Shown: positions 29,640 to 41,398 of the stretch, piece after piece
Position numbering within the stretch: the first letter of the stretch is position 1
Layout of the letters: each line of letters opens with the position of its first letter
Assembly (NCBI GenBank): GCA_963777155.1
Contig: CAVZPM010000039.1
Location: 96,001 to 160,000, forward strand
From: Candidatus Bathyarchaeota archaeon
GTDB taxonomy: Archaea; Thermoproteota; Bathyarchaeia; Bathyarchaeales; Bathycorpusculaceae
Reading direction: 5' to 3'
DNA length: 64,000 nt
Position numbers and translations under genes: made by a program
The notes under the pieces: generated by a model
Told to the model about the DNA's origin: nothing
The model's database searches: none
What the model saw: only the letters and a program-made list of their open reading frames with translations

Positions 29640-31856
29640 ATGGTAAATCAACCACCGATTCGTGCACGCGGCGTCAAAGTGCTAAAAGCCGTTTCGTCAC
29701 CGCTTAGGCTGCAAATTCTCAATTTACTCTTCGACAAAAGCGCCCTTAGCTATACCGAACTTATGAACCAACTCAAAATGAACCCCAGCCGAGACGCAGG
29801 CAGATTCGCCTACCACCTAAAATTCATGCTTAAAGCTGACTTGGTTGAGGCAGATGTGGAAGCAAAAAAATATTACCTCACTGACCTCGGCAAGATGGTT
29901 TTGGATGTGGCTGACCGCGTGGAGAAAAAAGCAGTCAAGCCACGTGGCATGTTGGTTCGTACGTCACATTTGACGATGGAAGAGTTTGATGTTAATAAAA
30001 TCGCAAATTCACTAATCAAAGAGGCGAAGGTTCCAGCGGAGTTGGCTCAGAAAGCCGCTAAAGAAGCCGAGAAACGCCTTATCAAATCCAAAACAAAGTA
30101 CCTGACGGCAGCCTTGATCCGGGAAGTCGTGAACGGCATTTTGGTGGAGAAGGGCTATGAGGATTACCGTCATAAGCTTACCCGAGTCGGGATGCCAATC
30201 CACGAAGTAACTTCTCTAATCGAAACTAAAGAGGGCATGCAGGACTGTCAAGCTACAATTAGCAAAGCAGGACAAGCAGTCTTAGGTGAATACACACTCC
30301 TGAATATTTTTCCAAGAGACATCGCTGACGCCCACCTGTCAGGCGCTATCCACGTCGACAACTTAGGCACCTGGGTCCTAAAACCCAACGAAGTAATCCA
30401 TGACATACGATACTTCTTTCAACACGGTGTCAAACTTGACAACCTACTTCAAGTTGCAATGGAACCGCCAACTGACCTAAAATCCGCTCTATCTATCGCC
30501 TTTAACGTGCTTTTGCACGCCAGCAAAGAAACCAATCGGACTCAAAACTTCAACTACTTCAATGTATTCCTCGCGCCTTATATCAGAGGCAACGAAGTGG
30601 CAAAAATTAAGGAAAACCTGCGGTTATTCATACAGAGCCTTAACCAGCACGTAGATGCAACATTAGGTCTTGAGATTGCAGTTCCCACGTTGTTGTCGGA
30701 AAAAGAAGCTGTGGGGTCGGGAGGCAAACTAAACGGTAAGTACAGCGATTTCTCCCAAGAAAGCCAACTTGTAGCCTCACTTGTCATCGATGTCTTCACA
30801 GAAGAGAGTTCAGTTAAACCTCTTCTAAGCCCCAAACTAATAATAAAAATTAACAGTTTAGCTTTGGTTGATGAAAACGCCAAAGCGATTCTGCTTAAAG
30901 CTCACCAATTAGCTGTGAAAAGCGGTGTTCTATACTTTGCCAACATGACCAAAAAAGAAACCGAAAACATAGCATTTTCATCCTCAGGGGTCAAGCTAGC
31001 TGCGGATTTGATAGGCGACTGGGAAACGGATACATTGCGAACCGGTTGTTTGGGCTGTGTAACCATAAACATGCCTAGAATTACTCAGGAATGTGAGAAA
31101 GACAAGAACAAGTTCTTCGATTTGATGCGTGAACGCTTCGAACTCGCCGCTCGTGCGCTGGGCATAAAGAACAATGCACTCAAGCAATTCGGGAAGAACT
31201 CGCTTCCATTTCTGTTGCAGAAATCAGACCGCGACACTTATTTCCGTCTTGAAAACTGTAGCCGAATCGTAAACTTGGTCGGGTTCCGAGAAGCCATCGA
31301 AGCCTTCACAGAGAAAACTGTCAACTCAGAGGAGAGCCGTAAATTCACAGAAGAAATCATAAGCAACCTGATGGCTTTTAGGCAGAAAATCGGCAGAAAA
31401 TACGGGAAACGACTTTACCCCGTTATCCTCGGCAGTCCTGAAGCCTCTGAGCGGTTGGCACAACTGGACATTGAACGGTACGGTGTTGCTAAAGTGAAGT
31501 TTTCAGGAACAAGAGACAAACCCTACTATTCAACGGTCAAACGGTTCCAGCTGAAACCCTCTGATTTTCTAGCTTTGCAGACGGATGCATTGGAGACAGC
31601 GAAGAGACTTAAGGGATTAAGCGCAGGGGGAAACCTGAGCATCATTGAACTTGAAAACGTCGAGTACAAGCCGGAGGCGCTCATGGATCTGACGGTGCGT
31701 TTGATGGAGAACTACGCACTGGAGTTCTTTACGTACAACCGCCAAATCAGTGTCTGCGATAACTGCAAGAAGAATTGGTTTGGAACATTGCATAAGTGTC
31801 CTTCGTGCGGCTCTATGAGCAACCTGACAACGTTCGACCGGTTTACTTCGATTTGA
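29640..31856 (+). CDS. ArsR-type HTH - ATP-cone - class III RNR (NrdD)-like fusion, probably catalytically inactive
   Basis: SSPLRLQIL..LSYTELM..FAYHLK HTH; VRTS..EEFDVNKIANSLIKEA ATP cone; DAHLSGAIHV, VTINMPRI, terminal CxxC-CPxCGS; ends DRFTSI rather than RxxGY. Confidence 0.85.
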   Translation: MVNQPPIRARGVKVLKAVSSPLRLQILNLLFDKSALSYTELMNQLKMNPSRDAGRFAYHLKFMLKADLVEADVEAKKYYLTDLGKMVLDVADRVEKKAVKPRGMLVRTSHLTMEEFDVNKIANSLIKEAKVPAELAQKAAKEAEKRLIKSKTKYLTAALIREVVNGILVEKGYEDYRHKLTRVGMPIHEVTSLIETKEGMQDCQATISKAGQAVLGEYTLLNIFPRDIADAHLSGAIHVDNLGTWVLKPNEVIHDIRYFFQHGVKLDNLLQVAMEPPTDLKSALSIAFNVLLHASKETNRTQNFNYFNVFLAPYIRGNEVAKIKENLRLFIQSLNQHVDATLGLEIAVPTLLSEKEAVGSGGKLNGKYSDFSQESQLVASLVIDVFTEESSVKPLLSPKLIIKINSLALVDENAKAILLKAHQLAVKSGVLYFANMTKKETENIAFSSSGVKLAADLIGDWETDTLRTGCLGCVTINMPRITQECEKDKNKFFDLMRERFELAARALGIKNNALKQFGKNSLPFLLQKSDRDTYFRLENCSRIVNLVGFREAIEAFTEKTVNSEESRKFTEEIISNLMAFRQKIGRKYGKRLYPVILGSPEASERLAQLDIERYGVAKVKFSGTRDKPYYSTVKRFQLKPSDFLALQTDALETAKRLKGLSAGGNLSIIELENVEYKPEALMDLTVRLMENYALEFFTYNRQISVCDNCKKNWFGTLHKCPSCGSMSNLTTFDRFTSI

Positions 31857-32777
<921 letters not shown>

Positions 32778-33118
32778 TTAGGCACCCAAAACAACAAAGC
32801 CCAAAACTGCTAAATAACACTTTGTATGCATGATCTTTAGTCAAATGGCTCGAGTAGTTTTTTCTTTGAGTAAGGGACGAGGTTTTATGAGAAACTCTTT
32901 TTTTATGTAACGCTAACCTGACTTTTATTCACGGGGTTATCGGAAAAAGTCAACGACGCCAGCTTAAAAACAAAAATCGCCTTAAGAATTGTCTTTACGT
33001 AAACTTTTTTCTCTCACCCAGTTAGCGCTTATATGTGTTTGTTGTTGTGCAACGACTGTAACACATTTTTAATAATCGGAAGCAAGCAATAGTATTTTGA
33101 ATTCAAGCAAGCGAAAAC

Positions 33119-33331
33119 TTGAAGGTGTTTTTGAAAATGGAAGTAATGTTAGAAAAAGTCTCTAAACGAGCAGCCCCTCAACAAAGAGTCGTTTTACGCG
33201 GATACATGCCAAGAATCCATGAAGTTCAGGCGCCATGCCAATGGCTAAATAATTGCTATGATGGGAAATGCCCAAGCTTTGTGAGGCAGAACGGGAACTT
33301 TTACTGCGCTAAAATCAAAGCTCGAATATAG
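33119..33331 (+). CDS. Small Cys-rich hypothetical protein
   Basis: PC...CYDGKCPSF...FYC. Confidence 0.5.
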   Translation: MKVFLKMEVMLEKVSKRAAPQQRVVLRGYMPRIHEVQAPCQWLNNCYDGKCPSFVRQNGNFYCAKIKARI

Positions 33332-33350
33332 TCTTCCTTTAGGATTTTAG

Positions 33351-34262
33351 CTAACTCTTCAAAGCCGCTATCGCTTCTTTTAAGATAGCAACAGATTTCT
33401 CAAATTTCTCTTTTGTTTTCTCGGATAATTCTAATTCGATTATTTTTTCAACGCCATCTTTCCCTAAAACTACAGGAACTCCAATCGACAATCCAGAGGC
33501 ACCATACTCACCATCAAGTAGCGTGGAAACACTCATGACTCGATTTCGCCCAGTCAAAATCGCATCGGCCATAATCGCAATAACCGTTCCAGGTGCATAT
33601 ACTGTACTGCCTTTAAGTTGGATAACATCTGCACCAGAAGTCACAGTCTGATGCACGATTCGCTCAAGTTGCTCATTCGTAAGCAGACTCGTAACTGGAA
33701 TTCCAGAAACAGATGCATACTCAGTCAGCGGAACCATGCTATCCCCATGTTCTCCAATTACCAATGCACGTGTATCTTCACGAGACACGTTAAGCTCGTT
33801 TGCGAGGTAGGTTCTAAAACGCATCGTATCCAAGATGTTGCCCATACCAAAGAGGCAGCACCGCGGACGGCCTAGTTCCTTAAACGCAATGTAGGTCATG
33901 ATGTCCACTGGGTTTGTTACCATCATAAGTTTGGCTTTGGGCGCATATTTGGCAACTTCTCTAACGATGCCGCGTACGATTTGGGCGTTTGTATTCATGA
34001 GGTCAAAACGTGTCATGTCTGGTCGTCTCCCCAAACCAGCAGTCACAATAACGAGTTCAGAATCCTGCATTTCCCGGAAATCGCTGGTTCCGCGGATTTT
34101 GCCATCGAATTCGATGGCTGGCGCAGCCTGCATCATATCCAGGGCTTCTCCCTGCGCTGCCTTCTCGTTTGTGTCGATTAGAACGACATCACTTATTTTG
34201 TATCGTAAAATATCAAAAGCCGCCGCACTTCCAACTTTGCCTGCTCCAACAACAGTTATCAT
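33351..34262 (-). CDS. mdh: Malate dehydrogenase (LDH-like)
   Basis: GAGKVG, GLGRRPDMTR.DL, VTNPVD, LDTMR, IGEHGD. Confidence 0.92.
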   Translation of the reverse strand: MITVVGAGKVGSAAAFDILRYKISDVVLIDTNEKAAQGEALDMMQAAPAIEFDGKIRGTSDFREMQDSELVIVTAGLGRRPDMTRFDLMNTNAQIVRGIVREVAKYAPKAKLMMVTNPVDIMTYIAFKELGRPRCCLFGMGNILDTMRFRTYLANELNVSREDTRALVIGEHGDSMVPLTEYASVSGIPVTSLLTNEQLERIVHQTVTSGADVIQLKGSTVYAPGTVIAIMADAILTGRNRVMSVSTLLDGEYGASGLSIGVPVVLGKDGVEKIIELELSEKTKEKFEKSVAILKEAIAALKS

Positions 34263-34339
34263 ACCATAAAACCCAACTTAACTATGAGTTGAACGTTAAA
34301 TATAAAACTAAAGCACTTTAGATATTTTGGAAAGTCCAG

Positions 34340-34789
34340 TTATCTTACAATTACTACTGGGCAGGGCGCTAAATGAGAAACCTTTTCACTAATATTCCCC
34401 AAAAAAAGCTCCCGCATCCTACCCTCACCCCTATGCCCAACCACAACTATATCAAATGCAGATTCCTTCGCTTCAGCAACAATTTCAGAAGCAGGGTTCC
34501 CCTCACGCAACTTTGACAAAACCGCCACCTTAGGGTTTACCTCTTTTGTATGGGCAACAGCTTTGCTTAGAATATCTTCATGAAGTCTCTGCAAATCCTT
34601 AGCAAATAGGACCATGCTGTCTCCTGAAACAGTCGTTGGTTCCAAAGGAACCGTGCCCATTACTGGTGGCTCACTAACGTTCAAAACTGTGATGGCAGCA
34701 TTGTATTTTTCTGCCAAATCAATAGCAAAATCCAACGCTCTATTTGAATTTTCTGAGCCATCAACTGCCACTAAAATATTCTTAATCAC
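34340..34789 (-). CDS. uspA: Universal stress protein
   Basis: ILVAVDGS, VVGHRG...LGNISEKV..APCPV. Confidence 0.93.
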   Translation of the reverse strand: MIKNILVAVDGSENSNRALDFAIDLAEKYNAAITVLNVSEPPVMGTVPLEPTTVSGDSMVLFAKDLQRLHEDILSKAVAHTKEVNPKVAVLSKLREGNPASEIVAEAKESAFDIVVVGHRGEGRMRELFLGNISEKVSHLAPCPVVIVR

Positions 34790-34983
34790 AGAGGCGCTCT
34801 CCTTGAAAGAATTGTTTTAAGAGTCATTAAACTTTTCCTCAGAAATCCAAGATTCAGATACTGCTGAATAATTCGGGAATCTTCCCATTATCCTTTAACC
34901 ATATAAGCTTAAAGTGATATTTTATAGCAAAGAAAGCTCGCGAGGGACAATCGATACATAAGCATATTCAAATCTTAGTCATA

Positions 34984-36549
34984 ATGCTTATTGCATTAAC
35001 CCTTCTCCCAGCGCTTAATCTCAACTTACTCTCAGCTAGAGCGGCTACCACATCCTCATGGACCACCATGTCTCCTATGCCTACTGCGCGTGGAGGAGTT
35101 GGAATAGCGGTGGTAGATGGAAAAATTTATGCAATCGGTGGCTTAAACGGAAACAACCAGCCTGTTAGCACTACAGAAGAATATGATCCTCAGACAAACG
35201 GGTGGACCAGCAAAATGGCGATGCCTACCCCTAGAAGCGGTTTTGCCATCACTGTTTACCAGAACAAAATCTACTGCATAGGTGGAACTGTTGGTAATGG
35301 GTACGTTGGAAACAATGAGGTTTTTGATCCTGTAAGTAACATTTGGGAAACAAAAACATCGATGCCGACACCTAGGGCAGATTTAAGTGCGAATATTGTT
35401 GATGGTAACATCTATCTTATGGGCGGAAAAAGATACTCAAACATAAGTCCATTTTTCAACGAAACTAATATTAACGAAGCCTATGATCCCACAAATGACA
35501 GTTGGGCAACAAAAACACCCATTCTGACGGCAGTTCAGGGTTACGCGTCAGCCGTTGAAGACGGTAAAATCTATCTTATGGGTGGCTCTGTTGCATCCTT
35601 ATCGCTGCAAAATACCGTTACGACTGATGCAAACCAAGCGTATAATGCTCAGAATGACAGTTGGAGTTTAGCTGCAAATATGCCCAATGCTGACACCTAT
35701 TTTGCGGCAGCGGCAACTGAAGGCTTTATGGCTTTTGCAAGTATCTACTGTGTAGGCGGTTATTCGGGTGGAGACTTTTCTTCGAAGGTTCAAGCTTATA
35801 ATTGGATGAATAATTCGTGGAGCCTGGCTGAATCTATGCCTACTGCCCGTGCTTATTTGGGTGTAGCTGTAGTGGATGATGTTTTGTACGCCATCGGCGG
35901 ATTTGACGGAACCAATTGGTTGGATGTTAATGAGCAGTACAAACCAGTTGGTTACGGAACAGTTCCGCCCAGAATACAGATAACATCCCCTGAAAACGAG
36001 ACCTACTCTCAAGTGCAGTTAGCCTTTACCATTAATAGGGGTACTCAATGGATGGGTTATAGCTTGGATAATAAATCAAATATGACCATTGAGGCAGAAA
36101 CACGACTTTTGGATCTTTCACAGGGAATCCACAACGTAACAATGTATGCAAACGACACTTTTGGGAACATGGGCGTTTCCAACACCGCAGTCTTTTCTGT
36201 AGATACTCTTCCCCCCCACATTGAAATTTCGCTTCCACAAAACAAATCCTATGATACAGTCGACATTCAGTTGATCTTTACATTAAATGAAGCTGTCACC
36301 TATTTGGCTTACAGTTTAGATGGGCAACAGCCTGTAAAAATTAATGGGAACCTTACTTTACCAGCCTTAGCGAATGGGCCTCACAGTTTAACGGTCTACG
36401 CCACTGATGAAGTCGACAACTCCGCTCAAAAAATGATTTCGTTTGATATTGCGCCTTTCCCAATTGTTACATATGTTGCAGTCATCACGGTGACAACCAT
36501 TCTTTTGGCTACCTGTTATTTGCTTATTAAACAGAAAATGAAAAAATAG
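34984..36549 (+). CDS. Secreted kelch-repeat protein with Ig-like domains and C-terminal TM
   Basis: About six MPT(A/P)R...IYxxGG...YDP..W repeats; two I.SP.N.TY...YSLD Ig-like repeats. Confidence 0.88.
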   Translation: MLIALTLLPALNLNLLSARAATTSSWTTMSPMPTARGGVGIAVVDGKIYAIGGLNGNNQPVSTTEEYDPQTNGWTSKMAMPTPRSGFAITVYQNKIYCIGGTVGNGYVGNNEVFDPVSNIWETKTSMPTPRADLSANIVDGNIYLMGGKRYSNISPFFNETNINEAYDPTNDSWATKTPILTAVQGYASAVEDGKIYLMGGSVASLSLQNTVTTDANQAYNAQNDSWSLAANMPNADTYFAAAATEGFMAFASIYCVGGYSGGDFSSKVQAYNWMNNSWSLAESMPTARAYLGVAVVDDVLYAIGGFDGTNWLDVNEQYKPVGYGTVPPRIQITSPENETYSQVQLAFTINRGTQWMGYSLDNKSNMTIEAETRLLDLSQGIHNVTMYANDTFGNMGVSNTAVFSVDTLPPHIEISLPQNKSYDTVDIQLIFTLNEAVTYLAYSLDGQQPVKINGNLTLPALANGPHSLTVYATDEVDNSAQKMISFDIAPFPIVTYVAVITVTTILLATCYLLIKQKMKK

Positions 36550-36715
36550 GCCGCCTAACCCCATTTTACTCTTTTAAAATCAAGAGGCAATCGGCCCAGA
36601 GCGACTAAGGTTTAACTTGTTTTATGTATTCATCCGCTCAGAGGTATTTTTCTTGTTTTCGAATCAAAAATTTTAAGTAACGATTAACCTACGCATTCAT
36701 AGGGATCTCTAAATA

Positions 36716-36967
36716 ATGGTCTTTGAAATCGATTACAGTGCTGGCGAACAAGTAGGTTGTTCCTCCAAAATAATTATTGCCGACCGAATCTTCTACGTAA
36801 AACTATTTTCTAGTGGGCCTTCAAGGTTCTTCTCAGGAGACCAACAAGGCGTAATACAGAAGGAAATCTCAGAAGCTGAGTTTAACCTGTGGATTACCAT
36901 CTTGGCTGACTGCGAAGCAGATGTGGGAATGATACAAAAAAAACTCAACGTCGGAAAAAAATATTAA
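36716..36967 (+). CDS. Hypothetical protein
   Basis: 83-aa ORF. Confidence 0.55.
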   Translation: MVFEIDYSAGEQVGCSSKIIIADRIFYVKLFSSGPSRFFSGDQQGVIQKEISEAEFNLWITILADCEADVGMIQKKLNVGKKY

Positions 36968-37168
36968 CCCTTCAGATATTTCCGCCAAATCTCTATGATC
37001 TTTGGACCATTGTTAAGATTGTGGTATTCCAAGTTGCCAATTGATCAATCTGCTTGCAAACTGCATTAGTATTGTTTTACTGACTGAATTTTCTTCACTA
37101 AATATTAACCCAATCAACACCAAAGTTTATACCAACTTTTCAATACAACATGAGGTAGGAATAGGGTT

Positions 37169-38194
37169 ATGACTGTCCATTTAGTTCCATGGAATACTGA
37201 ACGCAATTTGCTTGAAGAAACTAATCGCCTCTATGAAGCAGCAGGAACCTTTGATTGTATACAGAAAGGTGACCTCGTCGCCGTTAAATTGCATGTGGGT
37301 GAATTGGGCAACCCCTACTATGTGCAACCATTCTTCGTTCATGATATTATTCGTCGAGTTAAGGAGGCAGGTGGCAAACCCTTCCTAACGGATTCAAATA
37401 CAGCCTACCAAGCGCATCGAAGCAACGCATATGATCATATGATTAATGCCTCATTAAACGGGTTCGGATCAGAGGTTTTCATCGTTGCAGACGGATTGAA
37501 AGGCGAAAACTATAGGCTTACAAAAACCAAGGGTATTCTCAAAGAAATAGAGGTTTCTGGCGCAATCGCCGAGGCAGACGCCATGATTGTAGTTACTCAC
37601 TGTAAGGGACATGAACTCAGCGGGTTTGGTGGTGCTATCAAGAACCTTGGTATGGGCTGCACGCCAAGCGACGGCAAAATTAGGCAACATCGAACTGTCG
37701 GCTTAGAAATCGATGCCTCCAAATGTGTGGGTTGCGGGAAATGCAAAGATGTTTGCCCCAAAAATCTGCCTAAAATAATTGAGGGGAAAGCGCACAATTC
37801 TTCACTGCAATGTATGCGGTGCCCAATATGTATTGGTGCCTGTCCCATGGACGCCATAAGATTCTTGGATAAAGAAAACCTCTGCAAAGCGCTTGCTTCA
37901 GCAGCCTATGGCGTACTGTCTACTTTCAAACCAGGTAAAGTTGCATTCGTAAGTTTTGCTAAAGATATCACCCAATACTGCGATTGCTTGCCTAATCCGG
38001 GTCAAATTCTCCTCAAAGACGTCGGTGTTTTCGCTGCGGATTCACCTGTTTCAATAGATGCCGCTTTTTTGCATTCGGTTGACTACAAAATATTAAACGA
38101 TGCGTCAGAGGTGGATTGCATGGCGCAAGTGAAAGAGGCAAAAGCTATAGGTATCACAGGTGAACTCAAGCCCAAAATAGAAGTTTTAAGTTAA
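37169..38194 (+). CDS. DUF362 protein with inserted 2x[4Fe-4S] ferredoxin domain
   Basis: VKLHVGE, KGH..GFGGAIKNLGMG, CVGCGKCKDVCP, CMRCPICIGACP. Confidence 0.9.
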   Translation: MTVHLVPWNTERNLLEETNRLYEAAGTFDCIQKGDLVAVKLHVGELGNPYYVQPFFVHDIIRRVKEAGGKPFLTDSNTAYQAHRSNAYDHMINASLNGFGSEVFIVADGLKGENYRLTKTKGILKEIEVSGAIAEADAMIVVTHCKGHELSGFGGAIKNLGMGCTPSDGKIRQHRTVGLEIDASKCVGCGKCKDVCPKNLPKIIEGKAHNSSLQCMRCPICIGACPMDAIRFLDKENLCKALASAAYGVLSTFKPGKVAFVSFAKDITQYCDCLPNPGQILLKDVGVFAADSPVSIDAAFLHSVDYKILNDASEVDCMAQVKEAKAIGITGELKPKIEVLS

Positions 38195-38943
38195 CTAGCT
38201 TGAATTGCTTGCCTTTGGGCTTTTTTTATTCTTTTTCTTCGCCTAATTAAGTAGACCGCAAATATTGCTACCAACGTTGCCGATACAGCTATGATAAGGT
38301 AGTGAGAGACACCTGCGACTTCTTCCCACTTGTTACCTAAATAGTAACCCACGTAGATGAGCAGACTATTCCAAAGGATGCAGCCAGCAACGGTAAAAGT
38401 CAGAAATTTTGCTAATGGCATCCTTACCGCACCAGCGGGGAATGAAATAAGTGTTCTAACTGCTGGAATTAGTCGTCCGACGAAAACCATGGCTGAGCCA
38501 TATTTGCTGAAATAACCAACTGCGATTTTTAGTTGGTTCTCTGAGAATATTACCCTGCCTAACAGACGGTATTTTGTTAGGACTTCAACACCCTTCAACC
38601 CTATGAAGTAGTCAATCAATGAACCTGCTACTGCAGCTGTGGTTGCAACGATGAGTGTTATCCAAAAGTCTAGGTGCCCCAAGGAGACGAGGTAGCCTGC
38701 GAAGGGTAGTATAACTTCGCTGGGTATGGGTAGTGAACTGGCTTCGAGTATCATCAAGCCGAAGACGCCGCCGTATCCCCATGAACTCACTGTACGGGTG
38801 AAGGATATAGGTTCACCTTTAATGAATGTGTCAGCTAAAACCTCAAGCAGCACATAGGTACACAGTATTATTGCGACTGCAACAACAATGATTTGCGGCG
38901 CTTTCTTTCGTATCTGCGCAAACTTTGAGTTAGGTGCATCCAA
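38191..38943 (-). CDS. DedA family membrane protein
   Basis: LE...PIPSEVILPFAG, GRLIPAVRTLISFPAG. Confidence 0.92.
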   Translation of the reverse strand: MDAPNSKFAQIRKKAPQIIVVAVAIILCTYVLLEVLADTFIKGEPISFTRTVSSWGYGGVFGLMILEASSLPIPSEVILPFAGYLVSLGHLDFWITLIVATTAAVAGSLIDYFIGLKGVEVLTKYRLLGRVIFSENQLKIAVGYFSKYGSAMVFVGRLIPAVRTLISFPAGAVRMPLAKFLTFTVAGCILWNSLLIYVGYYLGNKWEEVAGVSHYLIIAVSATLVAIFAVYLIRRRKRIKKAQRQAIQAS

Positions 38944-39164
38944 TCTAATCGGTTGAGTTTAATGTGTAACTTGAATTTATCTTAGCCTCTAGAAAATTGC
39001 AAAATAAAACGCAGTCAGTCTGAGCTTGCGAAAGGCTAAACTGTATAATTTGGGTTTAACCTTAAAAGCGTGTGATTGACGCAACTGGCTAATGAAACTT
39101 TCTACGGTTACACTTTTTATACTTGCTAACTCTAAGCCTTCTATGTTAGACTCGAGGCTGTTTT

Positions 39165-39851
39165 ATGGAAATCATCGAGGGAATCCACAGAGTAGACGAA
39201 GCCAGCGGCAACATAGCACACAGTAACGTATACCTCATAATTAACGGACAAGAACTGCTTATTGTTGACACCGGAACGCCTGGAAACGCAAAGAAAATCG
39301 TTGAGTACATCCAAAAAATTGGGCGACAACCCATCGAAGTCTCAACAATTATCTTGACGCATTACCACATGGACCACGCTGGCAGCGTTAAAGATCTAAA
39401 GGATTTAACAAACGCAAAGATCGCCGTAAGCGCAGAGGACAAGGACTATGTTTCAGGAGCTAAACCTTACCCAAAACCCAAAAATATTTTCGTGCGTGCA
39501 GCCTCATCATTCATCAAAGTATCACCCGCTAACGTTGACATAACGCTTAGAGATGGCGACAAAATAGGCGGCCTAACCGTTGTTGATGCTGCCGGTCACA
39601 CACCTGGAAGCATATTTCTCTATGACCCTCAAAGAAAGGTGCTTTTTGCAGGTGATACTTTGCGGTTGGATGGTCGCAAGGTTGTGGCTGGACCTAAACA
39701 ATATGTTTGGGATGAGAACAAAGAGAATCAATCTATCGCTAAACTCAAGGGTCTAGATTTCAACATTATGTTGCCTGGTCACGGCGACGTTTTGATGACA
39801 AACGCTTCGAACGCAGTAAAAGAGTATCTTAATTCATCTGCAAAAGCCTAA
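39165..39851 (+). CDS. Metallo-beta-lactamase fold hydrolase
   Basis: THYHMDHAG, GHTPGS, AGD, PGHG. Confidence 0.92.
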   Translation: MEIIEGIHRVDEASGNIAHSNVYLIINGQELLIVDTGTPGNAKKIVEYIQKIGRQPIEVSTIILTHYHMDHAGSVKDLKDLTNAKIAVSAEDKDYVSGAKPYPKPKNIFVRAASSFIKVSPANVDITLRDGDKIGGLTVVDAAGHTPGSIFLYDPQRKVLFAGDTLRLDGRKVVAGPKQYVWDENKENQSIAKLKGLDFNIMLPGHGDVLMTNASNAVKEYLNSSAKA

Positions 39852-39868
39852 AAAATCGATCCAGGGGT

Positions 39869-41239
39869 CTATGGACATTCTGGTTCCATATGAACGGTAA
39901 CCACCGAATTAGCAAAATGCTCCTTAGTTTCCTTTTCAATCTGAGAAGCTATCCTATGTGCATCTTTGACTTGAACCTGCTTGGTAAAACAGCAATCAAT
40001 GTTGATATAACGTTTTCCAGTTGCGGCGTAGGTCACTACTCGTTTAATCCGAAGGTTGTTGGCGATTTTTTTGGCGACTTCAGTTACAATTCTTCTTAGT
40101 TGTGCCTCAGTAACTTCGGTAGCTGGAATTGCGACTCCTGCAGGCTCTACGTGAACTGTAACGTTCTCAATCGCCTTTATGTCTGCTTTTATATTGCTTT
40201 CAATGGTTTCAGCGATTCTGTGCGCTTCTTCAACAGAAAGTTCTGGGTTAACGTATGCATGTAGGGTAATGTAGAGTTTGCCACCGAGAAAATTGGTGGA
40301 GATTTCATGGACTTCTTTGACGCCTTCAACTGTTGCCAATTTTTCAACTAATTTGTCCATTTTTCTCTCGGTGTCGGAGGGTTCAATGTGGATTGTGGCA
40401 TCTACGTTGCCCAAGTTTTCTTTTAAACAGGATTCAATCTTGGAAGCTAATGCGTGGGCTTCTTCTAGACTCATAAGGTTGGGTACCTGAACTGATGCTT
40501 CAACAAAAATCTTTGAACTAACCTTGCGGACTTTCAGATTCTCAGTTTTGAGAACACCTTCGCAGGAAAGAATAACTTTTCTTGTTTTTTCCACAAGATC
40601 CTTAGAAGCAGTATCGCTTAGCTCCATAACGCTAAACTTTACAAGTTTGAGACTCAAGTAAGTAAGCATGGCTCCAAGGAAGATGGAGGCGAAGGCGTCT
40701 CCTCCTGTGAACCCTAAAATTGCTAAGCCGAAACCCAAGAGGGCGATAAGGGTTGAGCTTAAATCTGAAATAGCATCATAAAATCCCGCCTTCATAGATG
40801 TGCTTTGAGTGTGCTGAAACTTCTTAAAAACTGTGACTCGTAATGAAGCGACGAAAAGAGCGTAGCCTATTGCAATGAAACCTGCGAGTTCTACTCCAGC
40901 GTTAAGTTGGGGAGGATTAAGAAGACGCATAGCAGCCTCGTAGAAAATTAAGACCGCAACAGCAATCAGGACTATGCCGCCGATTAGTCCTCCTATAGTT
41001 TCAAACTTTTCGTGTCCGTAAGTGTGGTCTTCGTCGGCTGGCTTCATCGCAGCTCGGACTGCAAAAAAAAGCATAACACTCGAAAGTGCATCGAGTAGGG
41101 CATGTAAACCGTCACTTATTATCGCTAAACTGTTAACCAGATAACCAACCGTAACCTCAGCTATCACAACGCTAAAGATTGCAACTGCTGAGATCTTTAA
41201 GGCCTTAAGCTTTAAGTTTCCAACTCGTGCATCTTGCAT
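39869..41239 (-). CDS. Cation diffusion facilitator transporter with three C-terminal dimerisation-type domains
   Basis: SDGLH..D, PADEDHTYGHEKFE; three AHxxAxxIE...H(I/V/M)EP repeats. Confidence 0.9.
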   Translation of the reverse strand: MQDARVGNLKLKALKISAVAIFSVVIAEVTVGYLVNSLAIISDGLHALLDALSSVMLFFAVRAAMKPADEDHTYGHEKFETIGGLIGGIVLIAVAVLIFYEAAMRLLNPPQLNAGVELAGFIAIGYALFVASLRVTVFKKFQHTQSTSMKAGFYDAISDLSSTLIALLGFGLAILGFTGGDAFASIFLGAMLTYLSLKLVKFSVMELSDTASKDLVEKTRKVILSCEGVLKTENLKVRKVSSKIFVEASVQVPNLMSLEEAHALASKIESCLKENLGNVDATIHIEPSDTERKMDKLVEKLATVEGVKEVHEISTNFLGGKLYITLHAYVNPELSVEEAHRIAETIESNIKADIKAIENVTVHVEPAGVAIPATEVTEAQLRRIVTEVAKKIANNLRIKRVVTYAATGKRYINIDCCFTKQVQVKDAHRIASQIEKETKEHFANSVVTVHMEPECP

Positions 41240-41398
41240 TTTATCTGGTCTACCTAAGCTCATAACTAGGGCGATTTAAGATTTGCGGGTTAGCATACAT
41301 AAATTGATTTTCTAAAAGTCTGTTTGGGGCACTTTTAATCGAAATAATTCTCAGCTGATTTTTGGAATAAAGATTTTCAGCTTCGCATTTGCAGGTGA

